A DNA stretch of 64,000 bases, taken from positions 42,070-106,069 of the forward strand of contig JBBTSO010000005.1 of assembly GCA_038064695.1 (NCBI GenBank), given 5' to 3'. The notes under the pieces are model-generated. The model was not told the origin of the DNA and searched no databases. It saw nothing but the letters and a program-made list of their open reading frames with translations. Below are positions 36,970-47,434 of the stretch, piece by piece. This DNA comes from Patescibacteria group bacterium. Its GTDB lineage: Bacteria; Patescibacteriota; Minisyncoccia; Phycocordibacterales; Phycocordibacteraceae. Made by a program: the position numbers and the translations under genes. Within the stretch, counting starts at the first letter, position 1. Every line of letters begins with the position of its first letter.

Positions 36970-37901
36970 AGTGTAGCACGCTTCAACGTTTTTTTTGCGT
37001 ATTCGTTGAGCGTCAGTATGTCACTATTTCTGCCGTCTCTGGTAGAGCCTAAGACCACGAGCGCCACGGGGTGACCCACGACAGGTTCAACAATAAGGGA
37101 CAAGTTTCCTCCCGCGAGGTCAGTAAATCCAGTTTTTGAAGCAATTTCTCCAGGTACGGTTCCTGTGATGCTACTCGTATGTTCCGCATGGTATGTTTTT
37201 CCTGTTGGAGTAACAAATGTTTTTTCTGCCGATGTTGATTGGCTGTAAACCGCTTCATCTTTTTGAGATATTTCTGCAAGTAAGAGTGCGGTGTCGCGCG
37301 CAGACCCGTACGCTCCAGCTAGGGTTTTTGAAACATCTAATCCCGTGTCATTTAAAAAATATGTTTGCGTGAGCCCCATGGTATGGGCGAGCGCGTTCAT
37401 GCGAGCAACAAAATCATTCGCGGTTTCTTTTTTGTAGCGTGAGGTAGCAAGACCGAGCGCGTGTGCCCCGTCGTTTGATGAAGTAATGAGGGTAAAGTCA
37501 ATGAGATCTTGTAAACGCCACACCTCACCAATCGTAAATTCCGAGTCCCCTTCTGGGGTTAATGCTTCTGGTTCAATAACCACCTCGCTGTGTGCTGGTA
37601 GTGTGCGTGAAGCAACCAGTACCGTCATTATTTTAGTAAGAGAAGCCAATGGCATTTGTGCGTCAGCATTTTTTTCAAAGATCGTTTGGCTTGTTTTTAT
37701 ATCGTATACGAAAGCAGATTTTGCAATAAGCGTTGGTGTATCAAACGAAGAACAGTCGTACTCAGCACCCTTTGTTATTTTTTGCGGAGTTACTCCGTGA
37801 AGGAATGACCCCCCTGCGATCAAAAGGAGTGTGAGCGTAGAAATAACAATGCCGGGCATACTACTCATGAGTTTCCTCGGTTGGGGCAGGACGTTCATCA
37901 A
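36957..37901 (-). CDS. D-alanyl-D-alanine carboxypeptidase (S11, PBP5/6-like)
   Basis: 314 aa with a signal anchor and SxxK (ASLTK), SxN (SSN) and KTG (KTGFT) motifs. Confidence 0.8.
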   Translation of the reverse strand: MMNVLPQPRKLMSSMPGIVISTLTLLLIAGGSFLHGVTPQKITKGAEYDCSSFDTPTLIAKSAFVYDIKTSQTIFEKNADAQMPLASLTKIMTVLVASRTLPAHSEVVIEPEALTPEGDSEFTIGEVWRLQDLIDFTLITSSNDGAHALGLATSRYKKETANDFVARMNALAHTMGLTQTYFLNDTGLDVSKTLAGAYGSARDTALLLAEISQKDEAVYSQSTSAEKTFVTPTGKTYHAEHTSSITGTVPGEIASKTGFTDLAGGNLSLIVEPVVGHPVALVVLGSTRDGRNSDILTLNEYAKKTLKRATLCKK

Positions 37902-38457
37902 GAATGTTTTGTATTTCAGCTTTTATTTTTTCAAAATCAGGGGCGTCACTCAAAGACGATATACCAAGAGATGCAGGAAGTTCTGGCGTTCCGCGGTAGA
38001 GAAAACTCCGTTTATCAGAAGGGTGCTCTGTTTTTTCCACGAGTCCTCGTATAAGGAGCGAGCGAAGAATAGACGATGAGTTTACTCCGCGGATGTATTC
38101 AATATCAGTTTTTGATAGTGGGCCGTGGTAGAGAATAATGGCCAGTGTTTCCAACCCCGCTTTCCCTAAGGGGCCTTCAAGTTCTTCTTTTCTTACCGCG
38201 TCAATAAGTGATTTTGTTTCTGGCGCAGTGGCGAGGCCGGCATACTCCCCCTCTCGGACGAGTCGTATGCCGCGACCCTCTAGAGCAGTGCCCAAAGAAC
38301 TAAGCGCGTTTTGAATATCACTTTCACTCGCGTGGAGAGAGGCGGCGAGATCGCGAATTTTAACAGGCTCACCTTTGTAGAAAAGGAGCGCCTCTAAACT
38401 AGTTTCTAGTTGTTGGTGGTTAGTGGGTAAGCTCATACGTGTGTTTTTTGCTAGCAA
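37861..38457 (-). CDS. scpB: segregation and condensation protein B
   Basis: 198 aa with ScpB winged-helix repeats (LEALLFYKGEPV...). Confidence 0.8.
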   Translation of the reverse strand: MLAKNTRMSLPTNHQQLETSLEALLFYKGEPVKIRDLAASLHASESDIQNALSSLGTALEGRGIRLVREGEYAGLATAPETKSLIDAVRKEELEGPLGKAGLETLAIILYHGPLSKTDIEYIRGVNSSSILRSLLIRGLVEKTEHPSDKRSFLYRGTPELPASLGISSLSDAPDFEKIKAEIQNILDERPAPTEETHE

Positions 38458-38482
38458 CTAAAAACTATACACTATCAACTCG

Positions 38483-39211
38483 TTAATCATACCGTGGAGG
38501 GGCAGTATTTCCCGCATAATTAATGGTGATATCGCTATAGTGTTTCTCCTGATCAACTAACAAAAGTCCTCGCTTGACGAGCTCCAGTACCGCTAAAAAC
38601 CCTACGACAATCTCGCGCTTATCTTCAGGGGTTCCCACGAAATCTTTGAAGGTAACTGAAAGAGCGCGTTCAATTCTATGTGAAAGACGATTCATCATAT
38701 CTTCCAGAGAGATTACTGTTTTAACGGAAATTTCTTTTTTCTTTTCGATTTTTGGTGAACGCATCAATACGTCGTTTGCCGCGCGAAAAAGTGATTCTGT
38801 GTTCATATCGCTCCCCGGTGAAAAAACAGGCGTGGTGTCACGCTTCAAACCACCAAAATACATTCGCTCTTTTAGTGTTCCCAACACACGGCTAGCGTCT
38901 CTAAAAATTTTGTAGAGCGCGAGGCGTTTTTCAAGGTCGTGAATGTCCCCCTCTTCTTCATTGGTTAACGACAATACGGGCAACAGTGAGCGCGATTTTA
39001 TTAAAAGAAGTGTAGCCGCAACCAAAATAAAGTGAGCCGCTTCACCTGACGGAAACGTATCACGTGATTTTACAAACTGAATAAAGTCGTCGGCGATTTT
39101 AGAGAGTGATACGTCCGAGACGAGCATTTTTCGCTCTTCTATTAACGTCAAAATAAGGTCCAGCGGACCCACGACTTCTCCTATTGAAACGGTAAATGGT
39201 GCACCCGACAC
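38483..39211 (-). CDS. scpA: segregation and condensation protein A
   Basis: 242 aa, ScpA kleisin N-terminal region (GPLDLILTLIEERKMLVSDVSLSKIADDF). Confidence 0.8.
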   Translation of the reverse strand: MSGAPFTVSIGEVVGPLDLILTLIEERKMLVSDVSLSKIADDFIQFVKSRDTFPSGEAAHFILVAATLLLIKSRSLLPVLSLTNEEEGDIHDLEKRLALYKIFRDASRVLGTLKERMYFGGLKRDTTPVFSPGSDMNTESLFRAANDVLMRSPKIEKKKEISVKTVISLEDMMNRLSHRIERALSVTFKDFVGTPEDKREIVVGFLAVLELVKRGLLLVDQEKHYSDITINYAGNTAPPRYD

Positions 39212-39236
39212 GCTTTTTAGTGTACCACTGAATGCC

Positions 39237-40646
39237 TTACCGATTTATCAAAAAATGAGCCACCCATTCGGTAATATTTTTTACCGTAGGGATATGGAGA
39301 TTTTCGTTCGGCCCGTGTGCGTTTGAAGATGGGCTGAGAATACCTGTTACCAGCTGGTCAGCGTTTGGGTATGTACGAGCCATCATGCCAATAAAGGGGA
39401 TTCCGGCGCCAACGCCTGTTTTTATTGGAGTGTCTTGGTACACAACCTGAGCGGCTTCGATTACTGCTTTTTCTGTGTTAGGAGATAAAGGTTTTGCAAG
39501 CCATCCATTGTCCATTTCTAACGCTTCATACGTTACGCGCGCCCCGTACGGTGGATTTGTTTCCAATAGTTCTTTTAACGTTTGCGCAACGACCTGGCAA
39601 TCAACGGTTGGTGGAATGCGCAGTGAAAGTTTTAGCTTGAGTGTCGCAGCGGTTACGTTTCCCGCTCTCTCAACTGGTGGAAGTCCATCAAAACCTGTCA
39701 CTTCAAGACCAGCATGAAAAAGGTTTCGTTCAATACTTTGTGTCAGTCCAGGTGCCACTGTTTTTAAATATGAGGGAAGGTTATACATGTCAAGGAACGT
39801 ATCGCCCACCGCATTCGCTATCGCCACAAATCGTTCCCGGACTTCTTTCGGAATAGGTGGGTTTATTTCAGGGTGCGATATGAGTCCGGTTTCTGAGTCT
39901 TCAATGCGGTTAAGAAGTATTCGTGCAATGCGGAATGCTGAAGGAACAATCCCTGTGGCAGCACCTGAGTGCATTGGTGTGTCTAATGTTTTAATAGTGA
40001 GTACTCCATTAACAATTCCTCTGAGTGAGTTGGTAAGCCATAGGTGGTTTACGTCACCTCCCTCTGCATCAAGTGTAATTATGACGTTTGGATTCCCAAT
40101 TTCGTCTTTGAGGAGTTCCAAATATACAGGAAGATCACCACTAGCACTTTCCTCACTCCCTTCAATCAAAAGCACAATGCGCGGGAGCTCGGCTCCGGAT
40201 TTTTTTGCTATTTCTATAGCTCCAATTGCGGCAAAGACTGCGTAACCGTCGTCGGCAAGCCCGCGTCCGTAAAGGTAGTCCCCTTCTCTGACAGGGTTCC
40301 ATGGCCCTAAACCCTCTCGCCAACCCGAGAGTTCCGGCTGTTTGTCAAAGTGACCGTAAATTAGAATCGTTTCGTCTCGCGTGCCTTTAATTTCAATGTA
40401 TAAAAGCGGAGTTCGGTCGTGTGCTTGTTGAATAATAACGGTATCGGCGATATTTTTTCTTTTGACCCAGTCAGCGAGGAACTCTACTGCGCGGTCCATA
40501 TGCCCGTTTTTCTTCCACTCTTTATCAAACGCGGGAGATACGTTCGGAATTTTTCCAAATTCAATAAGTGTGGGAAGTCCTTCCCGTTCCCAATATTCAC
40601 TAACAGTATCTTTAAGCGGTTTCATCGGATCGCAATAAAAGGTCAA
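39237..40646 (-). CDS. M20-family metallopeptidase (dipeptidase-like)
   Basis: 469 aa with M20 metal-binding blocks (HFDKQP, GRGLADDG, EGSEESAS). Confidence 0.75.
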   Translation of the reverse strand: MTFYCDPMKPLKDTVSEYWEREGLPTLIEFGKIPNVSPAFDKEWKKNGHMDRAVEFLADWVKRKNIADTVIIQQAHDRTPLLYIEIKGTRDETILIYGHFDKQPELSGWREGLGPWNPVREGDYLYGRGLADDGYAVFAAIGAIEIAKKSGAELPRIVLLIEGSEESASGDLPVYLELLKDEIGNPNVIITLDAEGGDVNHLWLTNSLRGIVNGVLTIKTLDTPMHSGAATGIVPSAFRIARILLNRIEDSETGLISHPEINPPIPKEVRERFVAIANAVGDTFLDMYNLPSYLKTVAPGLTQSIERNLFHAGLEVTGFDGLPPVERAGNVTAATLKLKLSLRIPPTVDCQVVAQTLKELLETNPPYGARVTYEALEMDNGWLAKPLSPNTEKAVIEAAQVVYQDTPIKTGVGAGIPFIGMMARTYPNADQLVTGILSPSSNAHGPNENLHIPTVKNITEWVAHFLINR

Positions 40647-41958
40647 TGCGGTTCATGTCGCGCGGGAATGCGCTTGCTTCTTTGACGTTTCCAAGTTCGA
40701 GCATTCGTGCGGTGAGGCGCTCCAACCCCGTTGAACATCCTCCGTGGGGTGGAATACCGTACTTAAACGCTTCAAGGTAGAACGTAAACTTCTCTGGGTC
40801 GAGTCCGCGCTCTTTGATGCGGGCAACCAACTCATCATATTGATGAATGCGTTGAGCACCACTGTTTATTTCAAGTCCGCGGAAAAGAAGATCGAACCCG
40901 CGGCTTAGTCCGTCGGTTTCGGTATCGCTCATGGTGTAAAAGGCACGTACACGGGTGGGGAATTTTGTAATAAAGACAAAATCACTTCCCTTCTCTTTTT
41001 TCGACCACTCGCAAATTGCGCGTTCGTGCTCAGGATCCATATCGTCACCCGATCCACCAACAATGTCGAGTGCCTCTTTCAGGGTAAGGCGTGGAAATGT
41101 TTCACTCATACGTGGCACTTCGGTATTAAAACGTTGAAAAACGTCGTGGTGCGCAGTAACAGTTGCATTCACCGTATCGCGTATTGTAGTTTCAAGCGCA
41201 TCCATTACATCATGTTCGTCATCAATAAATCCCATTTCAAAATCCATTTGCGTAAGCTCTGCAAGGTGTCTCGTGGTTGCACTTTTTTCTGCACGGAAAA
41301 TTTTTGCAATCGTGAACGCGCGCTCAAACGCCCCCACCATAATTTGTTTATATAACTGTGGTGAGGTTGCAAGGTACGCGGTCTGGTCGTAGTAGTAGTT
41401 AACTTTAAAGACCGCAGCACCTCCCTCAGCGTCACCCCCTACGAGCGCGGGCGCTTGGAAGTCTAAGAAACCCTGTCGCGTAAGAGAGTCTCGGTACGCT
41501 TTTACAATAGTTGCCTGTACTTTAAAAATATCTTGATCACGTTCACTTCGAAGCGTAAACGGTCTATGATCAAAACGTGTGTCAATGTTTATGTCAGCAT
41601 TTTTTTCAAAAGGAATTTCGTGCGCTTCGTTTAAAACTTTGATATTTAAAATTTCAAGCTCGATATCTCCATTAGGAACCCCTACGTTAATGTTTTTTTC
41701 TGGACGTTTATTTACCTTACCCGTCACTGATACCACATATTCAGAACGCAGTGTTTTCGCAACTTCAAGTGCTGGACTTGTTGCGAGCGTAACACCTTGA
41801 ACACTCCCCGAGCGATCGCGAAAATTAAAAAAGACCATTTTTCCCTGATCACGCCTCACATCAACCCATCCGGCAATGGACACCTCTTTTCCAACATGGC
41901 TCGACAACTCGTTTATCAAAATTCTGTCTTTCATAGCTTTTACACTATAACGCAACAC
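40612..41958 (-). CDS. aspS: aspartate--tRNA ligase, archaeal/eukaryal-type class IIb (possibly non-discriminating)
   Basis: 448 aa with an N-terminal OB domain, class II motif 2 (FRAEKSATTRHLAELTQMDFEMGF) and motif 3 (GGCSTGLERL). The size fits the short AspRS/AsnRS type. Asp vs Asn specificity cannot be decided by eye. Confidence 0.65.
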   Translation of the reverse strand: MLRYSVKAMKDRILINELSSHVGKEVSIAGWVDVRRDQGKMVFFNFRDRSGSVQGVTLATSPALEVAKTLRSEYVVSVTGKVNKRPEKNINVGVPNGDIELEILNIKVLNEAHEIPFEKNADINIDTRFDHRPFTLRSERDQDIFKVQATIVKAYRDSLTRQGFLDFQAPALVGGDAEGGAAVFKVNYYYDQTAYLATSPQLYKQIMVGAFERAFTIAKIFRAEKSATTRHLAELTQMDFEMGFIDDEHDVMDALETTIRDTVNATVTAHHDVFQRFNTEVPRMSETFPRLTLKEALDIVGGSGDDMDPEHERAICEWSKKEKGSDFVFITKFPTRVRAFYTMSDTETDGLSRGFDLLFRGLEINSGAQRIHQYDELVARIKERGLDPEKFTFYLEAFKYGIPPHGGCSTGLERLTARMLELGNVKEASAFPRDMNRIDLLLRSDETA

Positions 41959-42886
41959 CTACTTTCTGGCGAACCTCTTTCATCTTTGCGCTCGCTAATT
42001 TTTGAGCCCGCTTTGCTCCCTCCTTCAATACTTTTTTCACCTCAGACTCAGTAATTTTTTCGTATCGTTTACGCATTGGAGCAACGTATTTCTCAACGTC
42101 CTCAATGAGTTCTTCTTTCAAATCCTTATACTTTCCCTTCTTCTCTTCATAGAGCATTGCCAACTCGGCTTCAGGACGGAAGAGTTTATGAATTGCGTAG
42201 ACATTTTCTGGTCGCTCATTTGATGAATCAGTAACCACACTCATCACCGTTTTTGCTATTTCATCTTTTGTTCCAAAAAGTGGAATCGTGTTTCCATAAC
42301 TTTTACTCATCTTTTGTCCATCAGTACCCGGCACCACTCCCACCCCTTTCAAAATAAGTTCTTTTGGCTCTTTGAAGGATTCACCGAATGCATGATTAAA
42401 TTTTGCTGCTGCTTCACGTGTATACTCAATGTGTTGGCGCTGGTCTTCGCCTACGGGCACCACATCGGTGTCATAAAGCAAAATATCTGCCGCCATAAGC
42501 ATCGGATAGGTGAAAAGTCCGGCGTTCGCTTCTAACCCCTTCGCCACCTTGTCTTTGTAGGAGTGTGCCTGCATTAAAAATGGAACAGACACCAGACAAT
42601 TAAAAATCCATGCCAGTTCCGTGTGTTCGGGTACGTCAGATTGTTTAAAAATGACGGCTTTTTTTGGGTCTACGCCAACTGCAATGTAACTTCGAACAAT
42701 GTTAAAAATATTTTGCCTCAGGTTTTCAGAATCTTTTTTTGAAGTAAGGGCGTGGTAGTCGGCAACCATTAAAAAACTCTCATACTGTTCGTACTGATCA
42801 ACGAACGGTTTCAACACACCGAAGTAGTTTCCAATGTGAAGATCGCCAGAGGGCTGGAGTCCTGTAAGGAGGCGCTTTTTACTCAT
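41945..42886 (-). CDS. trpS: tryptophan--tRNA ligase
   Basis: 313 aa with HIGH-like (GDLHIGNY) and KMSKS (QKMSKS) motifs. Confidence 0.9.
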   Translation of the reverse strand: MSKKRLLTGLQPSGDLHIGNYFGVLKPFVDQYEQYESFLMVADYHALTSKKDSENLRQNIFNIVRSYIAVGVDPKKAVIFKQSDVPEHTELAWIFNCLVSVPFLMQAHSYKDKVAKGLEANAGLFTYPMLMAADILLYDTDVVPVGEDQRQHIEYTREAAAKFNHAFGESFKEPKELILKGVGVVPGTDGQKMSKSYGNTIPLFGTKDEIAKTVMSVVTDSSNERPENVYAIHKLFRPEAELAMLYEEKKGKYKDLKEELIEDVEKYVAPMRKRYEKITESEVKKVLKEGAKRAQKLASAKMKEVRQKVGVAL

Positions 42887-42904
42887 TTGTAAATAATAAC
42901 AGAC

Positions 42905-44518
42905 CTAATTCGTGAGAGGTAGTTCAACAATGAACCTACTTCCCTTGCCAGAACCATCGCTCTCAGCCCAAATTTTGCCCTTGTGGGCCTCTACGTGGGC
43001 CTTAGAGATATAAAGCCCTACTCCGGTGGACTTTGGGTTATAGGTGCGCGAATCGTCGCCTGGGCTAAATAACTTAAAGAGTTTTGAAATGGTTTCTTTG
43101 GTCATTCCAACCCCCGTGTCTTTAATGGTAAGACGAGCAGTTAAAACATTTTGTTCAAGAGAAACCGTGACATTTCCTTTTTGGGTGTACAAAATACTGT
43201 TATTCACCAGATTTTCAAATACTTCGCGTATTTTTGAAGCGTCTACTTTTGCTGTAAAATTTCCTGCGGGTTTTGTGTATAAAAGAGTAAGTCCTTTTTC
43301 TTTGGCAACCGCAGTAAATGAACTGATAGTTTCAGAAAGTATTTTTTCAAGATCGGTGGAGGCGAAATCATATTTCATTCTTCCCTGTTCAATACGCGAC
43401 ACGTTGAGGTAGTTGTCTACCATCGCCGCCATATCAGTGGCGCGGGTAAAGACTTGTCTCATTCCTTCTTCCGCGCCAGCGGGTATTTTTCCGAACGTTC
43501 CCTCTAACATCAGCGAGAGGAAGTTGCGAATGGCAGTGAGCGGCGCGCGCAAGTCGTGAGACGCGATAGAAAGGAACTGGCTCTTGAGTGTGTCCAACTC
43601 TTTGAGACGTTCATTCGCTTTCTGTAAATCTTTCGCCAAGCGTTCAATTTCTTCACGTTGTTCAACTTCTCTGTAGACGCTTTTTACCAGTATGTATCCC
43701 ATAACAACCGACATCCCAAAGAAAATAGATCGGAGGATATATTCAGTCGTTGATTCTGAAAGAATAAGTTGAATTAAAAGAACACCTGAAATAAAGATGA
43801 TCATCAACTCACTCGCAATAGCTTTCAAATTAAACAACCGGTGTTTAATTACGGCATATGCCAAAAAAAATGGAAAGAAGCCTGTGAGAACCGTACCGTA
43901 TGGTGGAATGAGAATATCAAACCACAAAAAGACATTGGTGTACCCTCCCCCAAAACCTAAAAGTGCGCCAAGCATTATATACAGTGCTTGCCCCCGCTGA
44001 GTAGGTGTGGCGGGTCGAGCAATATTTTTGAGTAGAATGTAGAAAGCTGGTAAAAGAGCCCCGATATAAATAATTGCAACGCTATAAAAATAGAGAACTC
44101 CCGCATCTGGCCAAAATGGAAAGAAAAGTTTCTGACTGACCCCCTCAACTATCAGTTGGGTCGGGGTTAATGCAACCGCAGTTAGGGTAACTACATAAAC
44201 AATGCGTATAAACCACCGGTATCGATGTTGTTCATTGAAAAGAACAATAATCCAATGTGAAAATAATGCCGCTGTCAGAAATGTCCCTATGGTGAGAATT
44301 TTTACCCAAAAAAGCGCTCCTGCTTCGTCATCAATTACGAGCCATCTCCAATAGGAAAAAGCCCACCCTAGATACGCAAGGATCATTAAAGAAAAAATTT
44401 GCCCCGCTAAACTTCCTGGGTCTTTTAATAGGACCACTAAGCCGAAAAGAAGAGCTACAATTGCGCCCAAAAGACCCGATATTGCAAATATTTCAAGCAT
44501 TGCCGCGTTCGGCCACAC
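42905..44518 (-). CDS. sensor histidine kinase with an N-terminal 7TM-type sensor domain
   Basis: 537 aa, about 7 TM helices, a coiled coil, an H-box (LSIASHDLRAPL) and a C-terminal HATPase_c (G-boxes). No response regulator is adjacent. Confidence 0.85.
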   Translation of the reverse strand: MWPNAAMLEIFAISGLLGAIVALLFGLVVLLKDPGSLAGQIFSLMILAYLGWAFSYWRWLVIDDEAGALFWVKILTIGTFLTAALFSHWIIVLFNEQHRYRWFIRIVYVVTLTAVALTPTQLIVEGVSQKLFFPFWPDAGVLYFYSVAIIYIGALLPAFYILLKNIARPATPTQRGQALYIMLGALLGFGGGYTNVFLWFDILIPPYGTVLTGFFPFFLAYAVIKHRLFNLKAIASELMIIFISGVLLIQLILSESTTEYILRSIFFGMSVVMGYILVKSVYREVEQREEIERLAKDLQKANERLKELDTLKSQFLSIASHDLRAPLTAIRNFLSLMLEGTFGKIPAGAEEGMRQVFTRATDMAAMVDNYLNVSRIEQGRMKYDFASTDLEKILSETISSFTAVAKEKGLTLLYTKPAGNFTAKVDASKIREVFENLVNNSILYTQKGNVTVSLEQNVLTARLTIKDTGVGMTKETISKLFKLFSPGDDSRTYNPKSTGVGLYISKAHVEAHKGKIWAESDGSGKGSRFIVELPLTN

Positions 44519-45386
44519 CTATTGCATGAATACGATGCGGCTCGACATATACTAGTATAGTATGTTTTCCGAAGTTTGATTTTGTGAGAAGTGACAAAAA
44601 AGTTTCTGGTTCTCTGTAAATTACTTTCCATCCAGCAAATCGTGACAGAAGTGGCTTCTCAGCATGTGCAATTATATTTCCAGTTATATAGACTCCTCCG
44701 GCATTTAATACATCGTAAATTTTGTTAAAAATTTCTACCGCTCGATCATCGTTGAAATAGTCCAATAATCCAACCATCTCAACAATATCAAACATATTGG
44801 TCCCTTTAGAGTTTGTTAAATACGTCCCGAGTGTTGCGTCGGTCCATTCAACTGGACATTCAATTTCAAATTCTTTGACCAAGATTTTACTATATTCGAG
44901 CGCAGTGCGATCCTTATCAAGAAAAACAAGTGAAAGATTTTTATTCTTCGCGTTGCCCGTTTCAACTACAGCTTCAATGACTGCCCGCGAAGAACCAGCC
45001 GCGATACTTAAAAGTCGTGCATTTTTGTTACGTTTCAAAGCGTCAGTAAGTGATTTTCTTAATTCACGCTTAACTAAACGAAGTCTGTTGCGGACTGCAA
45101 GTACATTAGCAGTTTCAAACCAGATAGAATAAAAAAATCTCTCAAAGGCATTACGTGAAGGATATTTCTCTCCGTGAGTGTATGCGACCTCAAGGGCTCG
45201 ATACGTCATTGCGTCTTTAATAAAAATATGAGCTGCACGGTGTGTTTTTTGAATTGGCCACCGCAACCACGCGGGAATACTATTTAAAAATGGTACAAGA
45301 ATCACATTTGCCGCTTTCCGTTTTTCTGAATGGTATTCATGCCCCACTGCAGGATCAGTGTCAGAAATTACTGTATGTTCTATCAT
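44493..45386 (-). CDS. Rossmann-fold methyltransferase-like protein
   Basis: 297 aa with a motif I-like segment (LLSIAAGSSRAVIE) and an acidic residue after beta2 (FLDKD). Family uncertain. Its start overlaps the FadE-like stop and its end overlaps the HK start. Confidence 0.45.
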   Translation of the reverse strand: MIEHTVISDTDPAVGHEYHSEKRKAANVILVPFLNSIPAWLRWPIQKTHRAAHIFIKDAMTYRALEVAYTHGEKYPSRNAFERFFYSIWFETANVLAVRNRLRLVKRELRKSLTDALKRNKNARLLSIAAGSSRAVIEAVVETGNAKNKNLSLVFLDKDRTALEYSKILVKEFEIECPVEWTDATLGTYLTNSKGTNMFDIVEMVGLLDYFNDDRAVEIFNKIYDVLNAGGVYITGNIIAHAEKPLLSRFAGWKVIYREPETFLSLLTKSNFGKHTILVYVEPHRIHAIGVAERGNA

Positions 45387-47425
45387 AAGGATTCAAACAG
45401 CGTAGCATCAAAATCGTCAACATCAAGGATTTTTCTTAAGTGTTTTAATTCTATTTGTTCCCCTCTCGTAACAATTTCCAATCCAGATTCTAGACAGCCG
45501 GTTTTGTCGTTTGAATCTCTATTGATATAAATTCCATTGGTTAACATATCACGAGTTATGTTTGTACTCATTAGCAATTTTGAAACTCTTTTATCATCAT
45601 CGATAGAAGGGAGTTTATAACGTTTGCCTCGTGGAAATACAACAGCGCGTGATATCCACTTCAAAAACGGGTTACCAAGATGGTGAATAATATCATCCAT
45701 ATATTGTTCAATGCGGTATGTGCTACGCTTAAAAATCCATTGGGTAAGAATGACATTATCTTCTTTAGTGTCATCATAAAAACGAAGCACTACACTCATA
45801 AAAAACATTTCACTAAGTACGTCAGCAAAATTGCCGGAAAGGCGTTCACGTTTTTTTAATGTTCCACCATACGAAATTAATGCCATCTCCACAAGCCAAG
45901 CGTAACGCGCGCTCATCAACGCAATAATTTTTTTATAAGCTGGTGATTTTATCTTTTGGGGAAAAAACGATTGCGCGCATGATCTGAAACCACTGACTAA
46001 CACATGAATAATATGGAGTAACACAACGCGGTCAAATTTTTTGAATTCACCAGTTCTGATTGATTCATATTCTGAAAGTAAAAATTTGTGACATCGCATC
46101 AGCCCGTGTCCAAAGGTAATGAAACATCGCGTGAGAATGTTAGCACCTTCAACGGTAATGATAATAGGTATCATCTGATAAATGGGAAATAAAATGTTGC
46201 GCGGACCTTCAAAGACGCCTCTTCCACCCAAAATATCCATACCATCGTTCACTACTTGTCGTGCCCGTTCTGTTGTTTGATATTTCATGAGGGCAGAAAT
46301 AACAGCTGGTACGGGTCCTGCATCCATCACTGCCATCGTTGTGCGACGTGCACACTCTAATATATGGGCTTCCGCCGCAATTGATGCTAATTTCATTTGT
46401 ACCCCTTCAAAATTGCCAATAGGATGTTTGAATTGTTCTCGAAGTTTTGCGTACGCACCAACATTGCGGGCAACGTATTGGACAGCACCAGTAGCAAGTG
46501 AGGGAATTGAAAGTGCGCGTCCTGTGTATAGCTGTTGTACAAACATTTTCCAACCTTTCCCCACCATTTCTTCACCGCCAATAACCATGCTCATTGGAAT
46601 GAATATGTCAGTACCAGACGTAGGTCCATTCATAAAATTTTGACGGGCAGGCCAGTGTCGTCTCCCAATTACTACCCCAGGGTGGTTTGTTGGAATTAAC
46701 GCGCAGGTCATTCCGATCTCCTCCCCGTCCTTAAAAGTTCTGAAGGCAAGCCCAAGCACAGTGGCAACCGGTGCAAGAGTGATATAACGTTTTTCCCATG
46801 TGACTCGGATGCCTAAGATTTTTTTACCTTTAAATTCTCCATACTCAACATGTCCGATGTCCGGTATATTCGCTAAGTCGCATCCCGCAAAAGGGCTAGT
46901 CATAGCGAAACACGGTATCTCATCACCTGTAGCAAGTCGTGGAAGATAATAGTCGCGTTGTTCTGACGTTCCGTAACTGGTAAGCAATCCCGCAGGTCCT
47001 AGTGAGTTTGGTATGAGAACCGTTGATGCAACTGTAGGTACGCGAGAAATAAGTTTTTTAATAATTGAAGAAAAAGCATTGTGTGAAAATCCTAAACCTC
47101 CGTGTTCTTTTGCAATCAAAATTCCAAAAAATTTGTTTTCTTTTAAAAAGTTCCACACTGATTGTGGCATGTCCTTTGTTCCCACTGTTATTTCCCACTC
47201 ATCGACCGTATTGCAAAGCTCTTCAACAGGCCCGTTAAGGAAATCTTGTTCCGCGTCCGTTAAAGGATTAATAGGTAATGACTCAAGAATTGAAAAATTT
47301 GGATTACCTGAAAAAAGTTCCTTGTCAAACCACACCTCACCTGTTTGAATAACGTCTTGTTCAGTGTCAGACATCGAAGGGATGGTTTTTTTTGCAAAAT
47401 GATGCAACGGTGAGAAGAGACTCAT
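45383..47425 (-). CDS. fadE: FadE-type long acyl-CoA dehydrogenase (lacking the N-terminal membrane anchor)
   Basis: 680 aa, collinear with enterobacterial FadE from about residue 60 onward. Shared blocks include VWFDKELFSGNP, FLNGPVEE, NSLGPAGLL, KRYITLAPVATVLGLAF, ITVEGANILTR and GGTLKKRERLSGNFADVLSE. The C-terminal VDDFD block of the FadE-specific C-terminal domain is also present. Confidence 0.8.
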   Translation of the reverse strand: MSLFSPLHHFAKKTIPSMSDTEQDVIQTGEVWFDKELFSGNPNFSILESLPINPLTDAEQDFLNGPVEELCNTVDEWEITVGTKDMPQSVWNFLKENKFFGILIAKEHGGLGFSHNAFSSIIKKLISRVPTVASTVLIPNSLGPAGLLTSYGTSEQRDYYLPRLATGDEIPCFAMTSPFAGCDLANIPDIGHVEYGEFKGKKILGIRVTWEKRYITLAPVATVLGLAFRTFKDGEEIGMTCALIPTNHPGVVIGRRHWPARQNFMNGPTSGTDIFIPMSMVIGGEEMVGKGWKMFVQQLYTGRALSIPSLATGAVQYVARNVGAYAKLREQFKHPIGNFEGVQMKLASIAAEAHILECARRTTMAVMDAGPVPAVISALMKYQTTERARQVVNDGMDILGGRGVFEGPRNILFPIYQMIPIIITVEGANILTRCFITFGHGLMRCHKFLLSEYESIRTGEFKKFDRVVLLHIIHVLVSGFRSCAQSFFPQKIKSPAYKKIIALMSARYAWLVEMALISYGGTLKKRERLSGNFADVLSEMFFMSVVLRFYDDTKEDNVILTQWIFKRSTYRIEQYMDDIIHHLGNPFLKWISRAVVFPRGKRYKLPSIDDDKRVSKLLMSTNITRDMLTNGIYINRDSNDKTGCLESGLEIVTRGEQIELKHLRKILDVDDFDATLFESL

Positions 47426-47434
47426 AGATACATA

